This document shows positions 56,584 through 64,000 of a DNA stretch of 64,000 nucleotides, piece after piece (the stretch's first letter is position 1; every line of letters starts with the position of its first letter). Under the pieces are notes generated by a model, which was given only the letters and a program-made list of their open reading frames with translations, was not told the DNA's origin and did not search any database. Origin of the DNA: an uncultured Pseudodesulfovibrio sp. (lineage in GTDB: Bacteria > Desulfobacterota > Desulfovibrionia > Desulfovibrionales > Desulfovibrionaceae); assembly GCF_963662885.2 (NCBI RefSeq), contig NZ_CAXXKG010000011.1:8282-72281 (forward strand), read 5' to 3'. The position numbers and the translations under genes were made by a program.

Positions 56584-58167
56584 CTAGGTCTGGCCTTCCT
56601 TGATCCGCCGGAGCTTGGCCCTGCCCTCGGCGATCATGGATTCGAGCCCGTACTTCTTGACCCGGTAGCCCATCTGTCTGGCGGACAGGCCCAGGGCCTC
56701 CGCGGCCTTGTACTGGACCCAGCCGTTGCGTTCCAGGGCAGCCATGACCTCGTTGCGCTCGAATTCCTTGAGCGAGGTGTGGCGCGGTGCGTCCTCGGAC
56801 ATGGGAATGGCTTCCTGGACTGTTGCCGACTGTCCGGGCGCGAGATAGGATTTGAGGAATTCCAGGCTGATGCGGTCCTCCTCGGACATGATGACCAGCC
56901 GCTCGATGAGGTTCTGCATCTCGCGCACGTTGCCGGGCCAGTCATAGCGGATCAGGGCGTCCAGCGCCGTGGAGGTCAGGTGGATGTTCCGCCCGTAATC
57001 GCTGGCCATCTTATGCAGGAAATGGTTGAGCAGACCGGTGATGTCCTCCTTGCGCTCGCGCAGGGCGGGTACGCGGATGGGGAAGACGTTCAGCCTGTAG
57101 TAGAGGTCCAGGCGAAACTTGCCGCGTTCCACCAGGTGGCCCAGGTCGCGGTTGGTGGCGGCCAGGATGCGAACGTCGATGGTCCGGGTCCGGTTGGAGC
57201 CCAGCCGTTCCAGTTCCTTGTCCTGGAGTACGCGCAGGAGTTTGGCCTGCAATCCCATGGGCAGCTCGCCGATCTCATCCAGAAAGATGGTACCGGTGTC
57301 CGCTTCTTCGAAACGGCCGGGCCGGGTGCCTGTGGCGCCGGTGAAGGCCCCTTTCTCGTGGCCGAAAAGTTCCGATTCCAGGAGGTTGCCCGGGATGGAC
57401 GCGCAGTTGACCTTGATGAACGGGTTGCCCTTGCGTTCGGACAGTTCGTGGATGATCCGGGCGATGAGCGTCTTGCCCACACCGGATTCACCGAGCAGCA
57501 GAACGGTGGCGCGGGTGGGCGAAACCTTTTCCATCTGGCGCTGCACTTCGACCATGGCCGAGCTCTGGCCGACGATGTAAGGCCCCTTGGACTTCTTGGA
57601 AATCTGGTACTTGAGCGAAGTGTTCTCGCGCTTGAGCGCTGCCTCGCGGGCCATGATCTTCTCGTTCAGGCTGAGGAACTGGCCGATGAGCGTGGCCACC
57701 ACCTTGAGGAAGTCCACGTCTTCCTCGAAGCTGATTTCGTCCTCGAACAGGCGGTCCACGTTGAGCACGCCGATGGGGTCGCCGTGCAGAATGATCGGCA
57801 CGCCGATGAACGAGATCATGCCTCGTTTGACCCGGCGCGAGCCCGTCTTGTCGAGGAAGAGCGGTTCCTTGTCGATGTCCGGTACGTAGTACGGTTCACC
57901 GGTCTGGAAGATGCGGCCGGTGACGCCTTCGTCGAGCTTGTAGACACCACGCCGCTTCTCTTCGGTGGTCAGTCCGTAGGAGGCGTTGATGGACAGCTGC
58001 CCCGTCTCCGGGTCGAAGAGGGTGACCGTGGCCCGCTGCATTGAGAGCTGTTCGGAAAGGATTTTCAGAACGCCGTCCAATGCCGACTGCAGGTCGATGG
58101 CCTGGTCGATGACCTGGCATATGGACTGTAGGGCTGACAGTTTTAATCCTGGGACATTCGCTAGCAT
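56584..58167 (-). CDS. nifA: sigma-54-dependent nif activator (GAF + AAA+ + Fis-type HTH)
   Basis: GAF-like N-terminus. GESGVGKT, canonical [47 protein letters not shown]. Adjacent to the nif genes. Confidence 0.85.
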   Translation of the reverse strand: MLANVPGLKLSALQSICQVIDQAIDLQSALDGVLKILSEQLSMQRATVTLFDPETGQLSINASYGLTTEEKRRGVYKLDEGVTGRIFQTGEPYYVPDIDKEPLFLDKTGSRRVKRGMISFIGVPIILHGDPIGVLNVDRLFEDEISFEEDVDFLKVVATLIGQFLSLNEKIMAREAALKRENTSLKYQISKKSKGPYIVGQSSAMVEVQRQMEKVSPTRATVLLLGESGVGKTLIARIIHELSERKGNPFIKVNCASIPGNLLESELFGHEKGAFTGATGTRPGRFEEADTGTIFLDEIGELPMGLQAKLLRVLQDKELERLGSNRTRTIDVRILAATNRDLGHLVERGKFRLDLYYRLNVFPIRVPALRERKEDITGLLNHFLHKMASDYGRNIHLTSTALDALIRYDWPGNVREMQNLIERLVIMSEEDRISLEFLKSYLAPGQSATVQEAIPMSEDAPRHTSLKEFERNEVMAALERNGWVQYKAAEALGLSARQMGYRVKKYGLESMIAEGRAKLRRIKEGQT

Positions 58168-58179
58168 GGCCAGTGAATA

Positions 58180-58194
58180 GCAAGCACGATGCCA
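58180..58194 (-). promoter_or_regulatory. sigma-54 promoter motif abutting the nifA start codon
   Basis: The minus strand reads TGGCAT-CGTGC-TTGC. The predicted +1 falls about 1 nt upstream of ATG 58167. Confidence 0.5.
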
Positions 58195-58323
58195 TGCGCG
58201 AAATGTGGCGCGGGGCTTGGCTTTTCGGCCCTTGGCGCATACGAAAAGGGAGATAAACTTTTACAAATATGTCAACGCGGCGCAAAAGATGTACATATCT
58301 GCAATATTGCGGAGCCCTGAGTG

Positions 58324-60147
58324 CTAGTTCCGGGGTCGGCGGTTGCCTCCGTTTTTCGGCCGCTTGCGGCCTTTGCCATGGCTTGGCTTGCCGCCCGGAG
58401 CCCGTCCCGTATCCGGCATGAGTATGGCGTGCTGGCGCAGCCTCTGGGCATCGGTTTTGGCGACATAGATGGGATTGCCCTGCAGGTCGCACTCGGCGTG
58501 GAACATGGCCGCAGCAGCCGTGCCGGGCAAGGGGATGAAGCACTGGACCTGCTCGGGTTTCCAGCCGCGCGCGTCGAGCCAGGAGTGCAGGGCGCGCATG
58601 TCGTCCTCGGTGCAGCCCGGGAAGGCGGACATGAGGTAGGGGATGACATACTGCTTCTTGCCCGCTTTTTTCGATTCCTTGTCAAAAAGGTCCAGGAAGG
58701 TCTCGAAAGTCTCGAAGCCGGGTTTGCGCATGAGCTTGAGCACGTGGTCCACCTGATGTTCGGGCGCGACCTTGGCCTGCCCGCCCACGAATTCGCGGAT
58801 CATGGTGGTCAGGGCCTGCATGTCGGTCACGGCCAGGTCGATGCGCCAGCCCGAGGCCACACGCACGTGGTCCACGGAGTTGACGTCGGACACGGATCGC
58901 AGCAGGGAGACGAAGTCGCGCTGGGCGACGCGGTAATGCTTGCAGATGCGCGGGGTCAGACAACTGGCCCGCTCGCAGGTGGATTGGTCGGCTGCGCAGT
59001 GCGCGCCCCACATGTTGGCGCTCGGGCCGCCAACGTCCGAGATGGACCCGGTCCATCCCTTGACCTCGGTGATGGCCCGGACTTCGCCCAGGATGGATTT
59101 TTTGCTGCGCGAACGGATGGTCCGGCCCTGATGCAGGGCCAGGGTGCAGAACGAGCAGCCGCCCGAACAGCCCCGGTGGGTGGTCACGCTGGTGCGGATC
59201 ATGTCCGCGGCCGGAATACGTTCCTTGTAGGCCGGGTGTGGCTGTCTGGTAAAAGGCAGTCCGGCCAGTTCGTCCAGACCTGCCGTGTCGAGCAGCGGGC
59301 CGGGCGGGGAGACCAGAACCATGCGGTTGGCGGTCTGCTGCACGGCCCAGGCCTTGTTCTGGTGGACCTGCTTTTCAAGCAGCTTGGTGGCCTCGATGAG
59401 CTGTTTGGGGTCTTCAAGGATTGCCTCGTGGGAGGGTAGTTCGAGAATCTCGGCCCCTTCAGGAATGTCGTCCACGGTCCCGGGAACAGCCAAACCGGGC
59501 AGTCCGACCAACTGGGGACGCAAGGCGCGCAGGTCAACTTCACCGACCTCGTCCAGGATGGTGGCGATGGTCTGCGCCAGGGTGACGATGGAGTTCTCGG
59601 CCATGCCATAGGTGATGGCGGTGGCCTTGGAGTCGAGCAGCACGGATTTGCGCACCGAATCGGACCAGAAATCATAATGGGAGATACGCCGCAGCGACGC
59701 CTCGATGCCGCCCAGTATCACCGGCAGCCCAGGAAAGGCCCGTTGGACCGCGTTGGTGTAGGCTATGCACGCCCTGTTGGGACGCGACCCCGCCTTGCCG
59801 CCCGGTGTGTAGGCGTCGTCCGAACGCTTCTTGCGGAAGGCCGTGTAGTGGGCCAGCATGGAGTCCAGCGACCCGGCGGAGACACCCGCGAACAGCCTCG
59901 GGCGGCCCATGCGCAGTATGTCGTCGGGTTTGTCCCAGGCGGGCTGGGCGCAGATACCGGTGCGGAAGCCGTGGCGGACCAGCCAGCGGCCGAGCAGGGG
60001 GACGCCGAAAGAGGGGTGGTCCACATAGGCGTCGCCGGAGACCAGGAGAATATCCAGTTCATCCCAGCCGAGCACGTCCATTTCCTCGCGGGACATGGGC
60101 AGGACTTTGGGCTGGCGGAGGGGGTGCGTTTGTTCCTTTCGTGACAT
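58324..60147 (-). CDS. ygiQ: YgiQ-family (UPF0313) radical SAM protein
   Basis: MSREEMDVLGWDELDILLVSGDAYVDHPSFG N-domain. CSGGCSFC. Basic C-terminal tail. The start is uncertain between 60147 and 60183. Confidence 0.88.
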   Translation of the reverse strand: MSRKEQTHPLRQPKVLPMSREEMDVLGWDELDILLVSGDAYVDHPSFGVPLLGRWLVRHGFRTGICAQPAWDKPDDILRMGRPRLFAGVSAGSLDSMLAHYTAFRKKRSDDAYTPGGKAGSRPNRACIAYTNAVQRAFPGLPVILGGIEASLRRISHYDFWSDSVRKSVLLDSKATAITYGMAENSIVTLAQTIATILDEVGEVDLRALRPQLVGLPGLAVPGTVDDIPEGAEILELPSHEAILEDPKQLIEATKLLEKQVHQNKAWAVQQTANRMVLVSPPGPLLDTAGLDELAGLPFTRQPHPAYKERIPAADMIRTSVTTHRGCSGGCSFCTLALHQGRTIRSRSKKSILGEVRAITEVKGWTGSISDVGGPSANMWGAHCAADQSTCERASCLTPRICKHYRVAQRDFVSLLRSVSDVNSVDHVRVASGWRIDLAVTDMQALTTMIREFVGGQAKVAPEHQVDHVLKLMRKPGFETFETFLDLFDKESKKAGKKQYVIPYLMSAFPGCTEDDMRALHSWLDARGWKPEQVQCFIPLPGTAAAAMFHAECDLQGNPIYVAKTDAQRLRQHAILMPDTGRAPGGKPSHGKGRKRPKNGGNRRPRN

Positions 60148-60300
60148 CCCCGCATGATGAACCACGTGCCCGTCCAGGTCCACCTATTTTCCGCTTCAAA
60201 TCCTTCCCGCGCCCCTGGTTTATCGTTCTTTGTCCGGTCTGGATGGGCCTGTACAGGCCGGATGTATACGCGTAGTATACTCAGATCGGAGGATTTGCTC

Positions 60301-61296
60301 ATGAAAGCCATGCTGCTTACTGAATACGGCGAGAAGTACCCCTTTGTGGAACGCGACGTGCCCACGCCCACTCCCGGGCCGGGCGAGGTCCTGGTCCGTG
60401 TGGCCGGAACCAGTCTCAACCCCATCGACAACAAGATAGCCACCATGGGCGCGTCCCTGGCCTTTGCGCCCGAACTGCCCGCGCTGCTGGGCATGGATAT
60501 GTCCGGCGTGGTCGAGGCTGTCGGAACCGGCGTTGCCCGCTTCAAGGTCGGCGATCGGGTGTTCGGCTGCCCGGGCGGCGTAAAGGGGTTGCCCGGCACG
60601 CTGGCCGAGTACGTGGTCGCGGACGAACGGCTGTTGGCCCGCGCGCCTGAAAACATGGACCTTGTGGACGCGGGCGCCCTACCTCTGGTGGCCACCACGG
60701 CCTGGCTCGGGCTGTTCGACAAGGCGGGGCTGACCTCCGGAGAACGGCTTCTTGTTCAGGGCGGCGCCGGAGGCGTGGGCCACATGGCCGTGCAACTCGG
60801 CGTTCAAGCCGGTGCCGAGGTCTTTGCCACGGTTTCGTCTCCGGACAAGGCCGCCGTGGTCGAGGCCCTGGGCGGCACACCCATAGATTATACGGACGTA
60901 TCCGTGGACGCGTACGTGGGCGAATACACCGCCGGCAGAGGCTTTGATGTGGTCTACGACACCGTGGGCGGCTCGGTTCTGGATGATTCGTTCAAGGCAA
61001 CCCGCATCGGCGGCCGGGTGATCTCCACCAATACCCGCTCCACCCACGATCTGGGGCCGCTGCACGCCAAGAGCCTGTCCCTGCACGTGGTCTTCATGCT
61101 CCTGCCCCTGGTGACCGGCGAAGGCCGGGAACGCCACGGTGGGATTCTGGAGCGCGTGGCCACGCTGGTAGACGCTGACGAACTGGCGGTGCTGCTGGAT
61201 GAGCGTCGTTTCGGGTTCCGCGACATCGCTTCGGCCCACGAATATTGGAGACAGGGCGGGGCCATGGGCAAGATCGGAATCGCGATCGACGATTGA
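60301..61296 (+). CDS. MDR-superfamily zinc-type/quinone oxidoreductase
   Basis: ATG 60301 follows GGAGGA. GEVLVRV..SLNPID. Nucleotide fold GGAGGVGH. Confidence 0.88.
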   Translation: MKAMLLTEYGEKYPFVERDVPTPTPGPGEVLVRVAGTSLNPIDNKIATMGASLAFAPELPALLGMDMSGVVEAVGTGVARFKVGDRVFGCPGGVKGLPGTLAEYVVADERLLARAPENMDLVDAGALPLVATTAWLGLFDKAGLTSGERLLVQGGAGGVGHMAVQLGVQAGAEVFATVSSPDKAAVVEALGGTPIDYTDVSVDAYVGEYTAGRGFDVVYDTVGGSVLDDSFKATRIGGRVISTNTRSTHDLGPLHAKSLSLHVVFMLLPLVTGEGRERHGGILERVATLVDADELAVLLDERRFGFRDIASAHEYWRQGGAMGKIGIAIDD

Positions 61297-61312
61297 GCTT
61301 GTTGACCGTCTG

Positions 61313-61348
61313 AAACGGCGGGACCGGGCTATTGCCCAGCCGTTTTTT
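61313..61348 (+). terminator. rho-independent terminator
   Basis: aaacggc...gccgtttttt with an inner gggc/gccc stem. Confidence 0.7.
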
Positions 61349-61498
61349 GAACTGTGCGGGATACAAGGAAGAATCTAATTGAAACTTGACAAAATCAACC
61401 TCACAATAAAGATTGTGTCACAATACGTATAAGAATTGGACGGCGGCCTCAGTTTGCGGTCTCCGCACGCGGAACCAATCCTCATCCAAGTGAAATCT

Positions 61499-64000
61499 AT
61501 GCCTTCTGAGAAAAAGCCAGTGTCACCAGCAGCCTCGAAGTCTGCTCAGACCTCCTCGAACGGGAACGAAGCCACGGCCAACCAGGCTACGCCAAAGCCC
61601 GCCGCAGGCGCGACCAATCCCGTCTCGGGCAAGGTCGATGACGGAAAATCCGCAGCCCGGACCACGCGGATGGACACGGGCCCCATGCCGGGCAACGGTG
61701 AAAAATCCGTCGGCCAGCCCGCTTCGAAGGGAGCCCTTTCGAACGGAGGGACCAGCCAGGACGGGGCAGGTGCGCCCGGTGGGGCGCAGGCCAAGCCGCA
61801 ACAACCCAAGCCCCAGGAAGGGCAGCCCGATTCCGGCCAGGCCGCTGGACAGAAGCCCGGACAGCCGCAGCCCGGACAGCCCGGCCAGCCGCCCAAGGCA
61901 GGCCAGCCCATCAAGGGACAAATGCCTCCGGGTATGGGCCCCATGCCGGGGATGCCCGGCATGCAGCAGCCCGTCCGGGTGGAGACCGACGAGCGGTTGA
62001 CCCCCAAGGACATCGATTTTCAGCCGCCCCTGGTCATCTGCCTGTCGATCATCAGCCGACTGCTCGGCAAGCCGGTTTCCTCGGCCACGCTCAAGGCGGG
62101 CATCCCTCAGCAGGAGGGCGTCATCACCGCCGCCTCCATCGTCCGGTCGGCCGAACGCATCGGCATCAAGGCCAAGACCGTGTACCGCGAGAAGCTCCAG
62201 TCGATCACCAAGCTGGTCATGCCGTGCATCCTGCTTTTGCGCGGTGGCAACGCCTGCGTGCTCCTGGACTTTGCGGGCACCACGGCCCGGGTCATCGTGC
62301 CGGGTCACGGCATGGACGAGACCGAGATACCCATCGCCACCCTCAATGAGGAGTACACCGGGTACGCCATTTTCTGCCATCGCACGTCCAAGCTGGACAA
62401 GCGGGCAAGCGAGCTGAAGCTGCTCAAGACCAAGCGCTGGTTCTGGGGGGTCATCGGCAAGTTCTGGCCCATCTACAAGCACGTTGTCGGCGCTTCGATC
62501 ATGACCAACATCATCATCATCGCCTCGCCGCTGTTCGTCATGAACGTCTACGACCGGGTCATCCCGAACAATGCCACCGAGACCCTGTGGGCGCTGGCCA
62601 TCGGTATCGCCATCGCCTACCTGTTCGACTTCCTGCTCAAAAACCTGCGCTCCTACTTCGTGGACGTGGCCGGTCGCAACGCGGACGTGCTCATCGGCTC
62701 CAAGATCATGAACCACCTTACCTCGGCTCGGCTGGACTACATGCCCGAATCCGCGGGCGCGGTGGCCAACAACATCCGCGAGTTCGAGTCTCTGCGCGAG
62801 TTCTTCGGGTCGTCATCGCTCGTGGCGCTCATAGACCTGCCGTTCCTGATCCTGTTCATCTGCGTCATCTACTACATCGGCGGGCCCATCGCCTATCCGA
62901 TCTTCGTGGCCGTGCCGCTGGTCATCCTTGTGGGCGTGTTCATGCAGATCCCCTTCCAGCGGATCATCGAGAACCACTACAAGGAATCCACCCAGAAATA
63001 CGCCCTCCTGTTCGAAGTCGTGCAGGGGCTGGAGACCATCAAGACCAGTATGGCCGAGGGCCGCATCCAGGCGCGCTGGGAAAACGTGGTCGGTTTGTCC
63101 GCCCACTCCAACAGCCACGCCAAGACCATCGCCAACGTGTCCATCACCTTCTCGGTCTTCGTCACCCAGATGGTCTCCGTGGCCGTGGTCATTACGGGCG
63201 TGTACCTCATCTCCAAGGGCGAGCTGACCGTGGGCGGATTGATCGCCTGCAACATCCTGTCCGGCCGTTCCATGGCGCCGCTGTCGGCGGTGGCCGGGCT
63301 GCTTTCCCGCTTCCAGCAGTCCCGCATGGCCCTGAACGCCCTGGACATGCTCATGGAGATGCCGTCCGAGCGGCCCGACGACAAGGAAACCTTCCACTAC
63401 GGTGCCATCGAGCCGTCCGTGACCCTGACCGACGTGTCCTTCAGCTATCCCGGCACGGACAAGGCCGTGCTCCACGACGTCAACCTGAAGCTCAAGCCCG
63501 GCGAGAAAGTCGGCATCGTGGGCCGGACCGGCGCGGGCAAGACCACGCTGGGCAAGCTCTGCGTGGGCCTCTACCAGCCGGTTGAAGGCTCGGTGCAGGT
63601 GGGCGACATCGACCTGCGGCAGATGGACGTGGCCGACCTGCGACGCAAGGTGGGCTACATCTCGCAGGACAGCCTGCTTTTCTATGGCACGCTCAAGGAC
63701 AACATCGCCTTCGGCCTGCCCGAGGCGGACGACCAGTCCATCAACGCGGCGGCCCAGATAGCCGGGGTCAACGACTTCGTGCGCGATCACCCGGCGGGCT
63801 TCGGCATGATGGTCGGCGAGCGGGGGACTTCCCTGTCCGGCGGCCAGCGCCAGGCCGTGACCATCGCCCGCGCCATTCTGCCCGATCCGGAAATCCTGAT
63901 CATGGACGAGCCGTCGAGCAACATGGACAACCAGTCGGAATACCGCCTCAAGGAGCGGCTCAAGGAATACATCGAGGACAAGACTCTCATCGTCATCACC
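61499..64000 (+). CDS. type I secretion system ABC transporter (C39-like domain + TMD + NBD), 3' end outside window
   Basis: The frame is open from ATG 61499 to the window end (834 codons), and the gene is absent from the ORF track. LVICLSIISRLLGKP C39-like domain. Walker A GRTGAGKTT. Signature LSGGQRQ. Walker B ILIMDEPSS. Confidence 0.9.
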   Translation, partial: MPSEKKPVSPAASKSAQTSSNGNEATANQATPKPAAGATNPVSGKVDDGKSAARTTRMDTGPMPGNGEKSVGQPASKGALSNGGTSQDGAGAPGGAQAKPQQPKPQEGQPDSGQAAGQKPGQPQPGQPGQPPKAGQPIKGQMPPGMGPMPGMPGMQQPVRVETDERLTPKDIDFQPPLVICLSIISRLLGKPVSSATLKAGIPQQEGVITAASIVRSAERIGIKAKTVYREKLQSITKLVMPCILLLRGGNACVLLDFAGTTARVIVPGHGMDETEIPIATLNEEYTGYAIFCHRTSKLDKRASELKLLKTKRWFWGVIGKFWPIYKHVVGASIMTNIIIIASPLFVMNVYDRVIPNNATETLWALAIGIAIAYLFDFLLKNLRSYFVDVAGRNADVLIGSKIMNHLTSARLDYMPESAGAVANNIREFESLREFFGSSSLVALIDLPFLILFICVIYYIGGPIAYPIFVAVPLVILVGVFMQIPFQRIIENHYKESTQKYALLFEVVQGLETIKTSMAEGRIQARWENVVGLSAHSNSHAKTIANVSITFSVFVTQMVSVAVVITGVYLISKGELTVGGLIACNILSGRSMAPLSAVAGLLSRFQQSRMALNALDMLMEMPSERPDDKETFHYGAIEPSVTLTDVSFSYPGTDKAVLHDVNLKLKPGEKVGIVGRTGAGKTTLGKLCVGLYQPVEGSVQVGDIDLRQMDVADLRRKVGYISQDSLLFYGTLKDNIAFGLPEADDQSINAAAQIAGVNDFVRDHPAGFGMMVGERGTSLSGGQRQAVTIARAILPDPEILIMDEPSSNMDNQSEYRLKERLKEYIEDKTLIVIT

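Noticed and set aside
60246-60290. Palindromes GGCCTGTACAGGCC and GTATAC-N5-GTATAC upstream of the MDR oxidoreductase gene.
   Set aside because: These are plausible operator-like sequences, but no cognate regulator gene is adjacent and there is no second copy. The evidence is too weak to call.

Overview
GC-rich bacterial chromosomal segment. The gene content suggests a Desulfovibrionales-type anaerobe: an anaerobe-style nif cluster with nifI1/nifI2, many sigma-54 promoters, and many Cache/PAS kinases and stand-alone receivers. This taxonomic call is inference only. I found no rRNA, tRNA, CRISPR array, transposase or integrase. Layout: (1) 1324-13550, minus strand: a probable sigma-54-driven 12-gene signalling operon with five output-less receivers, three histidine kinases, a DASS transporter, a Yip1-like protein and a PEP-synthase-like dikinase. 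(2) 13.8-21.3 kb: an unassignable ~1000-aa membrane protein, a paralogous Cache kinase, and a membrane-anchored sigma-54-type activator with a non-canonical GAFTGA loop. (3) proXWV osmoprotectant ABC transporter, with a ~430-bp AT-rich non-coding island upstream. (4) arsR-acr3-arsC operon, then a phosphomannomutase gene. (5) A cytoplasmic molybdopterin oxidoreductase divergent from FeS, TauE-like and membrane-protein genes. (6) 34.9-41.9 kb: PhnD-like lipoprotein, Cys-rich HAMP/PAS kinase, CheY receiver, a second dikinase paralog, and a translationally coupled dual-specificity phosphatase/YkgJ fusion. This is my best candidate for an uncharacterised system: a two-component-controlled phosphorylation writer/eraser pair. 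(7) An orphan modB. (8) nifV, divergent from nifH-nifI1-nifI2-nifD-nifK, a degenerate NifB paralog, a 2Fe-2S ferredoxin, a GNAT, nifE-nifN-nifB and a small ORF, followed by convergent nifA. (9) ygiQ, an MDR oxidoreductase, and the 5' part of a type I secretion ABC transporter. That last gene is missing from the supplied ORF track because it has no stop codon in the window. Many long ORFs in the track are antisense shadows typical of GC-rich DNA and were rejected. All domain calls come from motifs read by eye. No database search was run.
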